Origin: an uncultured Acidobacteriota bacterium
Lineage (GTDB): Bacteria > Acidobacteriota > Thermoanaerobaculia > Gp7-AA8
DNA: 64,000 nt
Reading direction: 5' to 3'
NCBI GenBank assembly: GCA_963822445.1
Contig: CAWGHO010000003.1
Span: 544,001 to 608,000 of the forward strand
The position numbers and the translations under genes are program-made. Positions within the stretch are counted from its first letter, which is position 1. Each line of letters opens with the position of its first letter. This document shows positions 24,099-34,003 of this stretch, one piece after another. The notes beneath the pieces are model-generated. The model was given only the letters and a program-made list of their open reading frames with translations. It ran no database searches and was not told where the DNA came from.

Positions 24099-26075
24099 AT
24101 GATCCGCACCCTTTTCGCGTTGACGCTCGTCGTGTCCCTGGCCGGTTCCGCATCGGCCCAGCAGACCCAGGCGGGTGGGAACGCCCTCGCCAGCGCGACC
24201 AGCCGCTTCCTCCGCGATGCTTCGGCCAGCCACATCAACTGGCGGCCGTGGGGGCAGACAGCAATCGATGCCGCGGCGCGCGCGAATCGCCCGCTCTTCG
24301 TTTCCATCGGCTTTGCGTCGTCCTGGGACGCCTTCCGGCTGCATCGCGAGGCCTTCGCTAACAGCGTAGTGGCCGACACGCTGAACGGCTACTTCGTGCC
24401 GGTGCTGGTCGATTCCATCGAGAATCCCGAGGTGGCTGAGGCGTTCGAGGCCATTCAGCGGGCGGTTGGAGGAACGGTTACCACGCCGGCGAGCTTCGTT
24501 CTCACTCCCGCGCTCGAGCCGGTGGCGGCGATCGGCTTCACCACGCCGGTGGAGTTGCGGACCTGGCTGGCGACCAGTGCGAGCCGCTGGGCGAATGAGC
24601 GCGACGCCTTCGTCGCCGAAGGGCGCAAAAATCTGATCAAGGCCCACAGCTTCGGCGACAAACGGGCGCCGTCGGATTACGACGCGACGACGCTCGACGC
24701 GGTCATGGAGGACATCGCCCGAACGCACGACGCGAAAGTCCTGCAGCCGATGGCCATCTCCTTCGCGCTCCGTTACGCCGAGCGCACGGGCAACAAGGCC
24801 GTTCGGGCCGCGGCGCTCGAGTCGCTGCGGACGTTCGCTCGGACGGCGATGCGCGATCAGATCGGCGGCGGCTTTCATCGGGCGCCGGGAGTCTTCGAGA
24901 AAATCCTCAGCGCTCAGGCCCTCATGGCCATGACCTACCTCGAGGCCTGGCAGCTCACGAAAGAGCCGCAGTTCGAGATGGTCGTGCGCACGACTCTCGA
25001 TTACATCATCCGCGACCAGCAGCGGACCAAAGGCGCATTCGTCGCGGCGCAGGATGCGCACGGTCTCGTGCCCGGACAGGGTCCGGAGTTTCACAACGGC
25101 ACGTTTTACCTCTGGTCGAAGAGCGAGATCGTCAAGCTCCTCGGTCCCGAGGCCGCGGCCAAGGCCTTGCGTGCTTACGGGATCGAGAGCGAGACCGGAA
25201 ATCTGCCGGTCTCTGTCGAGCCGCTCGATGCGGAGATCGCGCAGAAGCTCCTCGATCACCGGCAGAAGCGCCCCGAGCCCTTCCGCGATTTCAATGAGCT
25301 CTCCGGATGGAACGGGCTGATGATCTCCGCGCTGTCGCGCGCGGGGGCGGCGTTCGGCGACCGCAAGTACATCGACGCGGCGCTGCTCGCCACGCGCTCG
25401 ATCACCACCAAATTGTGGGACGAGAAAAAGAAGACGCTCTACCGAAGCGACGCCGCGACGGTGCCGGTGATCCCCGCCCTGTCGGACGATTACGCGATGC
25501 TCATTCAGGGGCTGCTCGATCTGTTCGATGCGACGTCGGACGTGAAATGGCTCGAGCTCGCGAAGACCCTTCAGGCGCGGCAGGATCAGTTGTTCTGGGA
25601 TGCGAGTGCAGGGCGCTACACGACCGGCACCGCGCTTCCGGAAGTCCTGCGCGGCTTGCTCGTGGAGAGCGACGCCACGGTGCCGTCCGTGAACGCGCTG
25701 GCCGCATCGAATCAGTTGCGTCTGGCCATGCTCACCGGAAGCAGCAGCGCCCGCGTCCCGATGATCGTCAGCTCGTTCGCCGGCCGGCTCAGACGATCGG
25801 GAGCGGAGCTGCCGCAGCTCGCATCCTCGCTGGCGATGACGTTTGAAACACCGAAGATCGAGGTCGTCGTGGCCGGCAAGAAGACCGAGACGCTGGAGCT
25901 CCTTCGCTCGATTTACGCGCGTTGGGAGCCGATGCGTACGGTGATCCTGCTCCAGCGCAAAGGCGCGGAGCGCGATCGCATCACGCGTGTCTTGCCCTTT
26001 ACCGCGGCGCTTGCGCCGGAGCCCGAGCTGCCCGTCGCGTACGTGTGCGAAAAAGGGGAGTGCCGGAGACAGTAA
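24099..26075 (+). CDS. DUF255 / YyaL (SPATA20-like) thioredoxin-domain protein, secreted variant
   Basis: Signal peptide; INWRPWG, DQIGGGFHR, FEKIL, WNGLMISAL, DDYA motifs. Confidence 0.85.
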   Translation: MIRTLFALTLVVSLAGSASAQQTQAGGNALASATSRFLRDASASHINWRPWGQTAIDAAARANRPLFVSIGFASSWDAFRLHREAFANSVVADTLNGYFVPVLVDSIENPEVAEAFEAIQRAVGGTVTTPASFVLTPALEPVAAIGFTTPVELRTWLATSASRWANERDAFVAEGRKNLIKAHSFGDKRAPSDYDATTLDAVMEDIARTHDAKVLQPMAISFALRYAERTGNKAVRAAALESLRTFARTAMRDQIGGGFHRAPGVFEKILSAQALMAMTYLEAWQLTKEPQFEMVVRTTLDYIIRDQQRTKGAFVAAQDAHGLVPGQGPEFHNGTFYLWSKSEIVKLLGPEAAAKALRAYGIESETGNLPVSVEPLDAEIAQKLLDHRQKRPEPFRDFNELSGWNGLMISALSRAGAAFGDRKYIDAALLATRSITTKLWDEKKKTLYRSDAATVPVIPALSDDYAMLIQGLLDLFDATSDVKWLELAKTLQARQDQLFWDASAGRYTTGTALPEVLRGLLVESDATVPSVNALAASNQLRLAMLTGSSSARVPMIVSSFAGRLRRSGAELPQLASSLAMTFETPKIEVVVAGKKTETLELLRSIYARWEPMRTVILLQRKGAERDRITRVLPFTAALAPEPELPVAYVCEKGECRRQ

Positions 26076-26084
26076 GATCTCCCC

Positions 26085-26795
26085 ATGCGTCCCGCCAACA
26101 CCGTCATCGCTGTCGTCGATGACGAAGACAACATCCGCGACACTGTCGGTTTCGCGCTGCGGCGCGAGGGATATCCCGTCGAGCTGTACGCAACTGGGCT
26201 CGAGGCGTGGCGCGCGTTTCAGCAGAAGCTTCCCGGCCTGGTCATCCTCGACATCACCATGCCGGAGATGGATGGTCTCGAGCTTTGCCGCAAAGTGCGC
26301 GCGGCTTCGGAGACCACGCCGATCATCTTCCTCACCTCCCGCGACGAAGAGCTCGACCGAGTCCTCGGCCTGGAGATCGGCGCCGACGACTATCTCTGCA
26401 AGCCTTTCTCGATGCGCGAGCTTCTCGCGCGGGTGAAAGTGCTCTTCCGCCGCGCGGCGATCGATCAGAACGCCGCCCCGCGACCGGCCGCCGACGCGCC
26501 GTTGCGTCACGGCGATCTCGAGCTCGACCTGCAGCGCTACAGCGTCCGCTGGAAGGGCGTGCCGGTCAGCCTGACCGTCACCGAGTTCATGATGCTGCAC
26601 GCGCTCGTGCGCTATCCCGGCCACGTGAAGACGCGAAAGCAACTGCACCAGGACGGCTATCCGCACGACGCCTACGTCAGCGACCGCACCATCGACAGCC
26701 ACATCAAGCGCGTCCGGCGGAAGTTCGAGGAAGCCGATCCGACGTTCGATCGCGTCGAGACGGTGTACGGGCTCGGGTATCGCTGGAAAGAATGA
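26085..26795 (+). CDS. OmpR-family response regulator (ChvI-like)
   Basis: VDD...LDI.MP..DG receiver; YVSDRTIDSHIKRVRRKF...ETVYGLGY. Confidence 0.92.
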   Translation: MRPANTVIAVVDDEDNIRDTVGFALRREGYPVELYATGLEAWRAFQQKLPGLVILDITMPEMDGLELCRKVRAASETTPIIFLTSRDEELDRVLGLEIGADDYLCKPFSMRELLARVKVLFRRAAIDQNAAPRPAADAPLRHGDLELDLQRYSVRWKGVPVSLTVTEFMMLHALVRYPGHVKTRKQLHQDGYPHDAYVSDRTIDSHIKRVRRKFEEADPTFDRVETVYGLGYRWKE

Positions 26796-28333
26796 AACGC
26801 TTCGTTCGCGTTCTCAGCCGCCTTCCCTTCCGGCTCCTCGCGTTCAACCTCCTCCTCGTCTTCCTCCCGATCGCCGGCGTGCTTTTTCTCGGTGAATACG
26901 AAGAGCGCCTCGAGACCGCGGAGATTCGCGATCTCACCCATCAATCGCGATTGATCGCCGCGGCCATCGCTCGCGGCGGAACGCTGGATGCCGATGCGTT
27001 CGAGGATGTCATCCGCCGCGCGAAGATCGACGACGTGCGGATGCGCCTCATCGATTCGACAGGCCGCGTCGTCGCCGACTCGCACCAGATCGTCACGCCG
27101 GCCGTGCAGAAGCCGCCGCGGACCGATCGCCAGAACATCCTCTACCGCATCGGCGCGTTCATCCTCAGGCCGGTCGTGCGCTGGTTGCGGCCGCCCGAGG
27201 AACCGCTGGAGGTCGATTTTTACGCGAATGCGCAGCGCTTGACCGGAAGCGAGATCGCGGCGGTCCTGCGCGGAGTCGAGGTTTTCGACAAGCGGATCAC
27301 CGCGCAACGGCAGCCGTCGGTGACGCATTACCGGATGGTTCCCGTCGTCGTCGCGGGATGGACCGTCGGCGCGGTCGTGGCCTCGAAGAGCACGTACACC
27401 ATCCTCCAGGATCTCTACGTCATCCGCCTTCGGGTCATGCGCATCTTCCTGGCCTCGGTCGCCGTCGGCATCCTGGTCAGCATCCTCTTCACGGCGACGA
27501 TCGTCCGCCCGATCCGCCAGCTGCGCGTCGATGCCCGGGCCGTGCTCGATCGCCGGAACCGTTTGCGCGGGCACTTCAAGGGATCGAAGCGCGTCGACGA
27601 GATCGGGGAGCTGTCCCGCGCGCTCGAGCGGATCATGCGCCGCCTCGACGCGCACGTGGCCTTCATCGAGCGATTCGCGGCGGACGTCGTGCATGAGCTC
27701 AAGAATCCGCTGGCCTCGATCCGCAATGCGAACGAGATGATCGCCGACGTCGCCGATCCGAACGACCGCCGCCGCTTCGTGCGCGTCATCGAGCAGGAAG
27801 TGGCGAGGATGGAGCGGCTGCTGTCCGGCGTGCGGGAGATCTCGATCATCGACGCGCGGCTCATTCGCGAGGAGATGGCGCCGGTCGACGTCGCGGCTCT
27901 GCTGACGATGCTCGTCGATGGCTTTCACGTCCGTGAGGGCGACCGGGTGAACTTCGATCTCGAGATCGGCGCCGGGCCGATGACGGTGACGGCGTCAGCA
28001 GATCGGCTCACACAGGTCTTCGAGAACATCCTCGACAACGCGGCCAGCTTCTCGCCGAGCGGCAGCACGGTCTTGGTGAGCGCGCAGGCGGAGAACGGTG
28101 CGGTGGTGATCCGCGTCGCCGATCAGGGTCCCGGCATCGCCGAGGCCGACCTCGGGCGGATCTTTGATCGCTTCTTCACCCATCGACCCGAAGGAGCGCG
28201 GGTTGCGGCGGGTCACACCGGTTTGGGGCTGGCGATCGTGCAGGCCATCGTCGAGGCGTATGGCGGCAGCGTCACTGCGGCGAACGGGGAGAGAGGGGCG
28301 GTATTCACAGTGCGCCTGCCTCGCCTTCCGTAA
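26792..28333 (+). CDS. Sensor histidine kinase (ChvG-like)
   Basis: Two TM, HAMP (DEIGELSR), H-box FAADVVHELKNPL, N/G boxes (NILDNA, DQGPG, GLGLAI). Confidence 0.92.
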   Translation: MKRFVRVLSRLPFRLLAFNLLLVFLPIAGVLFLGEYEERLETAEIRDLTHQSRLIAAAIARGGTLDADAFEDVIRRAKIDDVRMRLIDSTGRVVADSHQIVTPAVQKPPRTDRQNILYRIGAFILRPVVRWLRPPEEPLEVDFYANAQRLTGSEIAAVLRGVEVFDKRITAQRQPSVTHYRMVPVVVAGWTVGAVVASKSTYTILQDLYVIRLRVMRIFLASVAVGILVSILFTATIVRPIRQLRVDARAVLDRRNRLRGHFKGSKRVDEIGELSRALERIMRRLDAHVAFIERFAADVVHELKNPLASIRNANEMIADVADPNDRRRFVRVIEQEVARMERLLSGVREISIIDARLIREEMAPVDVAALLTMLVDGFHVREGDRVNFDLEIGAGPMTVTASADRLTQVFENILDNAASFSPSGSTVLVSAQAENGAVVIRVADQGPGIAEADLGRIFDRFFTHRPEGARVAAGHTGLGLAIVQAIVEAYGGSVTAANGERGAVFTVRLPRLP

Positions 28334-28406
28334 TTCTTACAGCGCATGCCGACTGCCTCCTACTTCGACGCGAATGCCACAATGCAGCGCGCCGGTTTGC
28401 GGGCGT

Positions 28407-28463
28407 GTAACCGGTTACCTGTAACCGAGTTTTCGTTGCCAACAGACGGAGAGCAGGTAATAT
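28407..28463 (+). promoter_or_regulatory. Putative sigma70 promoter with upstream palindromic operator
   Basis: TTGCCA (28436-41), 16 bp, TAATAT (28458-63); perfect palindrome GTAACCGGTTAC (28407-18) plus an extra GTAACC half-site (28421-26). Confidence 0.5.
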
Positions 28464-28688
28464 GGTGCGGCCGAGGCGTGCACGATTTCGTGCATTGCCG
28501 GAGCCCCCAAAAGGTCCGGTAGCTCAGAACGACAAGCAACGAACGTGTGCCCGAGAAATCGCGGCCTGTCTGCGGTCTATCCAGCAGTGGTGGACGGCCT
28601 TAGGCAGGTACGGAAAGATAGACTTCGACCGGTGAAGGAAGTAAACTGCACCCGAGTCCGGTCAAAAATCCAGTAATTAGGAGAACGT

Positions 28689-28973
28689 GTGAGTCCTGCA
28701 AAGAGTCAACGCGGTCGTCCCATTGTCCACACTGAGCCCTGGGCGAAGATCACGGTCGTACTGCTCGACCGTCATGTCGCCTACCTCGATCGTCTTGCCA
28801 TCGACATCCGTTTGAAGCATGGCAAGGCCATCAGCCGTGCCGAGATCATCCGCGGGTTGATCGAGGCGTCGTTCCAGAGCGGTACCGACCTTTCGCAGGC
28901 AGACTCGATCGATGGGATCGTCGAGCTCCTGACCGGGTCGCCGTCGACGTCGCGGAAAAAAGCCTCTCGCTAG
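28689..28973 (+). CDS. Ribbon-helix-helix/CopG-like small DNA-binding protein
   Basis: AGGAG RBS before GTG; beta-strand KITVVL then two helices with SRAEIIRGLI. Confidence 0.65.
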   Translation: MSPAKSQRGRPIVHTEPWAKITVVLLDRHVAYLDRLAIDIRLKHGKAISRAEIIRGLIEASFQSGTDLSQADSIDGIVELLTGSPSTSRKKASR

Positions 28974-29244
28974 GCCGCGGTGCTCGCCGCCGGGATTGGC
29001 GCCCGCGAAGCGGCTCTGCCGCCAGTAGGGCGATTTCTTCTTCACTGCATGCGTCGGTGAGGTCGATACCACTCTCTTCAACGCGGTCGATCAGCGTGCG
29101 GATCAGATGCGGCAGGCCGAACGATTCCGGCATGTCGGGATTCATCTCCCGGGCAATCTGCCCGAGATAGTCGAGGTGCCTGTCGGAGAGCACGAGCGTC
29201 TCGAGCTCGTTCCCTCCGGCAGGTCGCTCTTGAGTCGGTGGCAT
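28846..29244 (-). CDS. Paralog of the 28689 RHH-like protein, convergent and overlapping
   Basis: LVLSDRHLDYL...LIRTLID...SGIDLTDACS aligns with VVLLDRHVAYL...IIRGLIE...SGTDLSQADS. Confidence 0.6.
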   Translation of the reverse strand: MPPTQERPAGGNELETLVLSDRHLDYLGQIAREMNPDMPESFGLPHLIRTLIDRVEESGIDLTDACSEEEIALLAAEPLRGRQSRRRAPRPSERLFSATSTATRSGARRSHRSSLPAKGRYRSGTTPRSTRG

Positions 29245-29361
29245 GGCGTGCATTCAGACAGCTCCGACTTAGGTGTGACTGGGGCGAACCTTTCCCTACC
29301 CTGAATTTCGAAAAATTCACCGGGCGGGCCGGTTGGCACTCCCGGTGAACCGTCCCCACCA

Positions 29362-30789
29362 GTGAAGTCTTACGATGCGGTCATCGTCGGGGCGGGGCCG
29401 AACGGCCTCGCCGCGGCCATCGTTCTTGCCCGGGCCGGCCTCTCCGTCCTGATCCTGGAGGCCAGAGAGACCATCGGCGGCGGCGCGCGCACCGAGGAGG
29501 TCACCCTTCCCGGGTTCCGCCACGACATCTGCTCGGCCATCCATCCGATGAGCGTCGTCTCGCCGTTCCTGCGAGCGCTGCCCCTGGCCGAACATGGTCT
29601 GGAGTGGGCTTGGTCGCCGGCCGCGATCGCCCATCCGCTCGACGACGGTTCCGCGGCCACCCTCGAGCTCGACCTCGACGCCACCGCATCCCGCCTCGGC
29701 GAGGACGAGCAGGCCTATCGCGCGCTGATGAAGCCCTTCGCGAAAATGGCCGGGAAGGGCTTCGACGACATCCTCCGGCCGATCCTGGTCTGGCCGCCGC
29801 CCCGCCACCCCGTCGTCCTGGCCCGCTTCGGCCTCCTCGGCCTCCGCTCGGCGATGAATCTGGCCAGCCGATTCAAGACTCCGCACGCACGCGCCCTCAT
29901 CGGCGGATCCGCAGCGCACTCGTTCATCCCGCTCGAGCGAACGGGCTCGGCGTCGTTCGGACTCGCGCTGATCCTCGCCGGTCACGCCACGGGCTGGCCG
30001 GCGGCGAAAGGCGGGTCGATCGCCATCATCAACGCCATGGCTTCATACCTCCGTTCGATGGGCGTCGAGTTTCAGACGGGACGTCCCGTTCGTACGCTGT
30101 CAGACATCCCGCAATCGCGCGCGGTGATCTTCGACGTCGGCCCGTGGCAGCTCGCCGACATCGCCGGCGATCAATTGCCAGCCGGTTACGTGAAGAAGCT
30201 ACGGCGTTTCCGCTACGGTCCGGGGGTCTTCAAGATCGACTGGGCGCTCGACGGTCCGATTCCCTGGCGTGCCGAGGCTTGTCTGCAATCGGCGACGGTC
30301 CACGTCGGCGGCACGATCGAGGAGATCGCGCAGCACGAGCACTCTGTCTTCAACGGCCGGATGACCGACAAGCCGTTCGTGCTCGTCGCGCAGCAGAGCA
30401 TGTTCGACGCGACGCGCGCGCCCGCCGGGAAACACACCGGCTGGGCCTACTGCCACGTGCCGCACGGGTCGACGGACGATCAGACCGAGCGCATCGAGCG
30501 GCAGATCGAGCGGTTCGCTCCCGGCTTTCGCGATCGAATCCTCGCGCGCCGGACCATCAACACCGCGCAGTACCAGGCCCACGATCCGAATTTCATCGGC
30601 GGCGACATCGCCGGCGGCGCGAACACGATGATGCAGTTCCTCACCCGGCCCTTCCCGAAACTCGATCCCTACGCGACGCCGAACGAGCGCCTGTTCATCG
30701 GATCGAGCTCCACCCCGCCGGGCGGGGGAGTGCATGGAATGTGCGGCTACTGGGCAGCGCAGAGCGCGTTACGACGCCTGTTCCGCTAA
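29362..30789 (+). CDS. Phytoene desaturase-family FAD-dependent oxidoreductase
   Basis: GAGPNGL, HDICSAIHP, TPPGGGVHGMCG. Confidence 0.9.
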   Translation: MKSYDAVIVGAGPNGLAAAIVLARAGLSVLILEARETIGGGARTEEVTLPGFRHDICSAIHPMSVVSPFLRALPLAEHGLEWAWSPAAIAHPLDDGSAATLELDLDATASRLGEDEQAYRALMKPFAKMAGKGFDDILRPILVWPPPRHPVVLARFGLLGLRSAMNLASRFKTPHARALIGGSAAHSFIPLERTGSASFGLALILAGHATGWPAAKGGSIAIINAMASYLRSMGVEFQTGRPVRTLSDIPQSRAVIFDVGPWQLADIAGDQLPAGYVKKLRRFRYGPGVFKIDWALDGPIPWRAEACLQSATVHVGGTIEEIAQHEHSVFNGRMTDKPFVLVAQQSMFDATRAPAGKHTGWAYCHVPHGSTDDQTERIERQIERFAPGFRDRILARRTINTAQYQAHDPNFIGGDIAGGANTMMQFLTRPFPKLDPYATPNERLFIGSSSTPPGGGVHGMCGYWAAQSALRRLFR

Positions 30790-32208
30790 ATCCTCGCGCT
30801 TCCGATCCTGCACTATCGTCTTCACCCGCGCTTCGATCGGCTTCGCGTCCTCGTCGCTGAGCTTCTCCGCCTCCTCGTGCACGCCGTCCGATGTGCCGCC
30901 GCTGAAGTCGATGACGCGTTGCACGACCGCTCGCCAGTTCGACGATTGTGCGGGTCCGCCGATCGTGCGGGTGGCGATGAGATCGAAGAAGTTCGACGCT
31001 CGCGAGTACACGTCGATCGCGAACTGCACCGCGCCGTCGGTGTCTTTCGTCGTGAACTCGACGATGCCCGCGAGTGGATGTCCTTCGATCGTCGCGAAGA
31101 CGACGCGATTCGGCTCGGCTACCTCGACGCGCACCTGAAAGTTGCCGCGCAGCGGAAGGCGTCCCGTCAACGTGACGCCTTTCTCGATCTTCTCCGGCGC
31201 ACCCGGCTCCGCCGCGAGCTCGAGCGGCATGAAGTCGTTCACCCGCTCGCGAAACTGCATCATCAGCGCGGGTGCGGGGTAGCGCGATCCGCGGATGTCC
31301 GCCGTGAACCGCTTGTGCTCGAGCGACCCGACGCCATCCTCGGGTAGCACTTCCTGCAGCGAGTCTGCGAGCGCGCGCAGACCCTCATCGAGCGGCGTGG
31401 TGTGGATGCCGAGGATCTCGATCGCGATCTTGCCGCGGACGATGTTCTTCTCTTTCAACATCGTCAGCATGTTCGGATCGACCGCTAGCTGGGCGAGCGC
31501 GGACGGAACAGGAACGCGAACCGGAGAGCGGCCGGTGATCTCGGCAAAGCGCCGGAGGAGATCGTTCATGGTGGTGATCTCCGAGCCCGCCGCGTCGAGC
31601 GTCTCCGCTTTCAGATCGCTCCGCTCGACGGTCGAGGCCAGGATTTTCGCCAGATCCTCGTGCCAGATCGGCTGAAACTCCTGATCGCCGCTGTCGATGA
31701 CCGGGACCGCCGGAAGGGCGCGCACCATTTTCAGGATGAGCGAGATCACTTCGTCGCCGGGGCCATACACGTTTCCGGCGCGAACGATGGTCCAGTCGAG
31801 CTCCGATTGCCGGACGAGATCTTCCGCGGCGCGCTTCGACTGATGATACTCGGAAGCGCCGCGATCCGCGCCGAGGGAGGACACGAAGACGAAGCGGCGC
31901 GCGTTCGCGCGTTGCGCTTCTTCGATGATGTTCCGTGTCCCGTTCACATTCACCGACTCGAACGTCGCCTCCGGCGGTTCTTCCGCCGCGATCCCTGCGA
32001 CATGCAGCAAGGCGTCACAGCCTTCGGCGGCGCCGGAGAGCGTCGAGGCGTCGGCGACGTTTCCCGGGAAAGGCTCGACGCCCGGCCATTGCTTCGCATC
32101 TTCATCGGCGTGCCGCGACAGAAGACGGACCTCGTGACCGCGGGCGATCAGCTCAGGAATCGCTCCTTCGCCGATGACACCCGTCCCACCAGTGATCAGG
32201 ATTTTCAT
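30769..32208 (-). CDS. NAD-dependent epimerase/NDUFA9-like SDR with C-terminal DUF1990-like domain
   Basis: TGGTGVIG, YHQSK; C-terminal FATIEGHPLAG..EF segment. Confidence 0.8.
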   Translation of the reverse strand: MKILITGGTGVIGEGAIPELIARGHEVRLLSRHADEDAKQWPGVEPFPGNVADASTLSGAAEGCDALLHVAGIAAEEPPEATFESVNVNGTRNIIEEAQRANARRFVFVSSLGADRGASEYHQSKRAAEDLVRQSELDWTIVRAGNVYGPGDEVISLILKMVRALPAVPVIDSGDQEFQPIWHEDLAKILASTVERSDLKAETLDAAGSEITTMNDLLRRFAEITGRSPVRVPVPSALAQLAVDPNMLTMLKEKNIVRGKIAIEILGIHTTPLDEGLRALADSLQEVLPEDGVGSLEHKRFTADIRGSRYPAPALMMQFRERVNDFMPLELAAEPGAPEKIEKGVTLTGRLPLRGNFQVRVEVAEPNRVVFATIEGHPLAGIVEFTTKDTDGAVQFAIDVYSRASNFFDLIATRTIGGPAQSSNWRAVVQRVIDFSGGTSDGVHEEAEKLSDEDAKPIEARVKTIVQDRKREDLAEQAS

Positions 32209-32237
32209 ACCGTGCAAAAGAGCACGGCAGGTGCCAT

Positions 32238-33500
32238 TCAGTGCGGCAATCCGAAGGCGTAGTACAAAGCGCACACGAGCGCGAGCGCGAGCATCCCCGG
32301 CTTCACTTCACGCCACCGTCCGGTCACGAGTTTCATGATCGGGTAGAGCACCAGCCCGGCCGTCAGTCCATTGGCGATGTTGTAAGTGAAGACCATCACC
32401 ACGATCGTCACGAACGCCGGCACGAGCTCGGTCAGATCGTTGTAATCGATCTTCGCCGCGGCGGAGAGCATGAGCATGCCGACGATCAGCAATGCCGGAG
32501 CGTACGCGTACTGCAGCGATTGCATCGGCTCGAACAGAGGGATGAAGAACAGAGAGAGGGCGAAGAGCGCCGCGGTGACGACCGAGGCCAGGCCCGTTCT
32601 CGCGCCTTCGCGGATGCCGGTCGATGACTCGATGTACGCGCCGCTGGTCGACGTGCCCGCCAGTCCGCCGAAGATGCAGGAAAGCGCGTCGACGAGCATC
32701 GGCTTCTTCAGATCGCCTTTCACGTCGAGCGCAACGAGCGTCCCCAGCGTGTCCAGCAGGGACATGACGAAGAGCGTGAGCAGGATCGGCAGAAAACTGA
32801 GGCGGAGGACGGAGACGACATCGAGCTCGAACGCGATCGGGGAGATGTCGTAGGGGAGGGCCATGACCGCTTTCGGCAGTTTGGCCACGCCGAACAACGC
32901 GCCGGCGACCGCGGTCACGACGATGCCGATCAGAATCGCGCCGGGAACGCGCCAGAACATCAGCGCCGCGATGAGCACGAAGCCGAAGATCGCCAGCAGG
33001 ACGGTCGTGCTGCGCACATCGCCGAGTTGCACCGGCACGGCCTGCGCGCTCTTCACGATGCCGCTCTGCACGAGACCGATGAACGTCAGGAACAGGCCGA
33101 TGCCCGCGGCGAAGCTGTGCTTCATCGAGTCGGAGAGCGATGAGGCCAGCCAGGTGCGCACGCCGATGAGGGTGATGATGAGAAAGATCACGCCGCTGAC
33201 GAAGACCGCGCCGAGGCGCTGCTGCCAGGTGATGCCGAAGGCGGCCAGGCCAAAGGCGATGAACGCGTTCTCGCCCATATACGGGGCGACGGCGATGGGG
33301 CGGTTCGCGTAAAGGCCCATCAGCAACGTGCCGAAGGCCGCGGTGAGAATCGTGGCGACCGTGCTTGGACCCTGGGGGATCCCGGCGAAGGCGAGGATGG
33401 CCGGGTTGACGACGATGATGTACGCCATCGACACGAACGTCGTGATGCCGCCTACGACCTCCGCGCGGATAGTGCTGCCGCGGTCTGCAATGCCGAACAT
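32238..33500 (-). CDS. NCS2/AzgA-family purine permease
   Basis: GITTFVSMAYIIVVNP, APYMGENAF, YIESSTG...GARTGL. Confidence 0.92.
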   Translation of the reverse strand: MFGIADRGSTIRAEVVGGITTFVSMAYIIVVNPAILAFAGIPQGPSTVATILTAAFGTLLMGLYANRPIAVAPYMGENAFIAFGLAAFGITWQQRLGAVFVSGVIFLIITLIGVRTWLASSLSDSMKHSFAAGIGLFLTFIGLVQSGIVKSAQAVPVQLGDVRSTTVLLAIFGFVLIAALMFWRVPGAILIGIVVTAVAGALFGVAKLPKAVMALPYDISPIAFELDVVSVLRLSFLPILLTLFVMSLLDTLGTLVALDVKGDLKKPMLVDALSCIFGGLAGTSTSGAYIESSTGIREGARTGLASVVTAALFALSLFFIPLFEPMQSLQYAYAPALLIVGMLMLSAAAKIDYNDLTELVPAFVTIVVMVFTYNIANGLTAGLVLYPIMKLVTGRWREVKPGMLALALVCALYYAFGLPH

Positions 33501-33513
33501 GGACCGCGAGATT

Positions 33514-33596
33514 GTAGGCGGTAGGCGGTTCGCGGTAGGCGGGAGATAAAGCCCGCCGCCCGTTTTCCCGCCTACCGCCTACCGCTTACCGCCTAC
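33514..33596. repeat. Inverted heptamer (GTAGGCG) tandem-repeat hairpin
   Basis: 4x GTAGGCG-like units (33514-41) mirrored by 4x CGCCTAC-like units (33569-96). Confidence 0.85.
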
Positions 33597-33901
33597 TACG
33601 GTTTGACGTGCAGGCCGCTGGCGTCGACGCTGGTGACGCCGTTGACGTCGCGCACGCGCGCGACGATCGCATCACGCTGCGCGGCGCTGTCGGCATGGCC
33701 GGAGAGCGTCACGCGACCACCTTCGGTCACATCGACATTGACGCCGGAGCCGGGGGCGACGCTGTTGATGGCGGCCTTCACCTCCGTCACCATCGCCTCT
33801 TCATCCATCGACTCGGGCAGCTGACGATTCATCGAGCACGCCGTCGCGGCGAGCGCGACCAGGAGCAGGGAGATCACTACGAGAATTCGTTTGTTCTTCA
33901 T
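33596..33901 (-). CDS. BON domain lipoprotein
   Basis: Lipobox ATAC; GRVTLSG...V.GVTSV BON pattern. Confidence 0.85.
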   Translation of the reverse strand: MKNKRILVVISLLLVALAATACSMNRQLPESMDEEAMVTEVKAAINSVAPGSGVNVDVTEGGRVTLSGHADSAAQRDAIVARVRDVNGVTSVDASGLHVKP

Positions 33902-34003
33902 GACTTCAAAAGCCTCCGAATAAGTGAAATAGCAACGCTTGTACCCGCCTGAGAGGGCACGGGCATTGCTCTAAATAACCATCGGAACTCAACAGGAGGC
34001 CAT

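Noticed and set aside
23451-26702. Very long minus-strand ORFs (also 1668..3488, 44373..47180, 12881..14503, 61301..63328, and 36649..38769 on the plus strand)
   Set aside because: Antisense shadows of real genes in high-GC DNA; only the 3' portions of three of them (DUF6916, HD protein, secreted protein) are genuine genes
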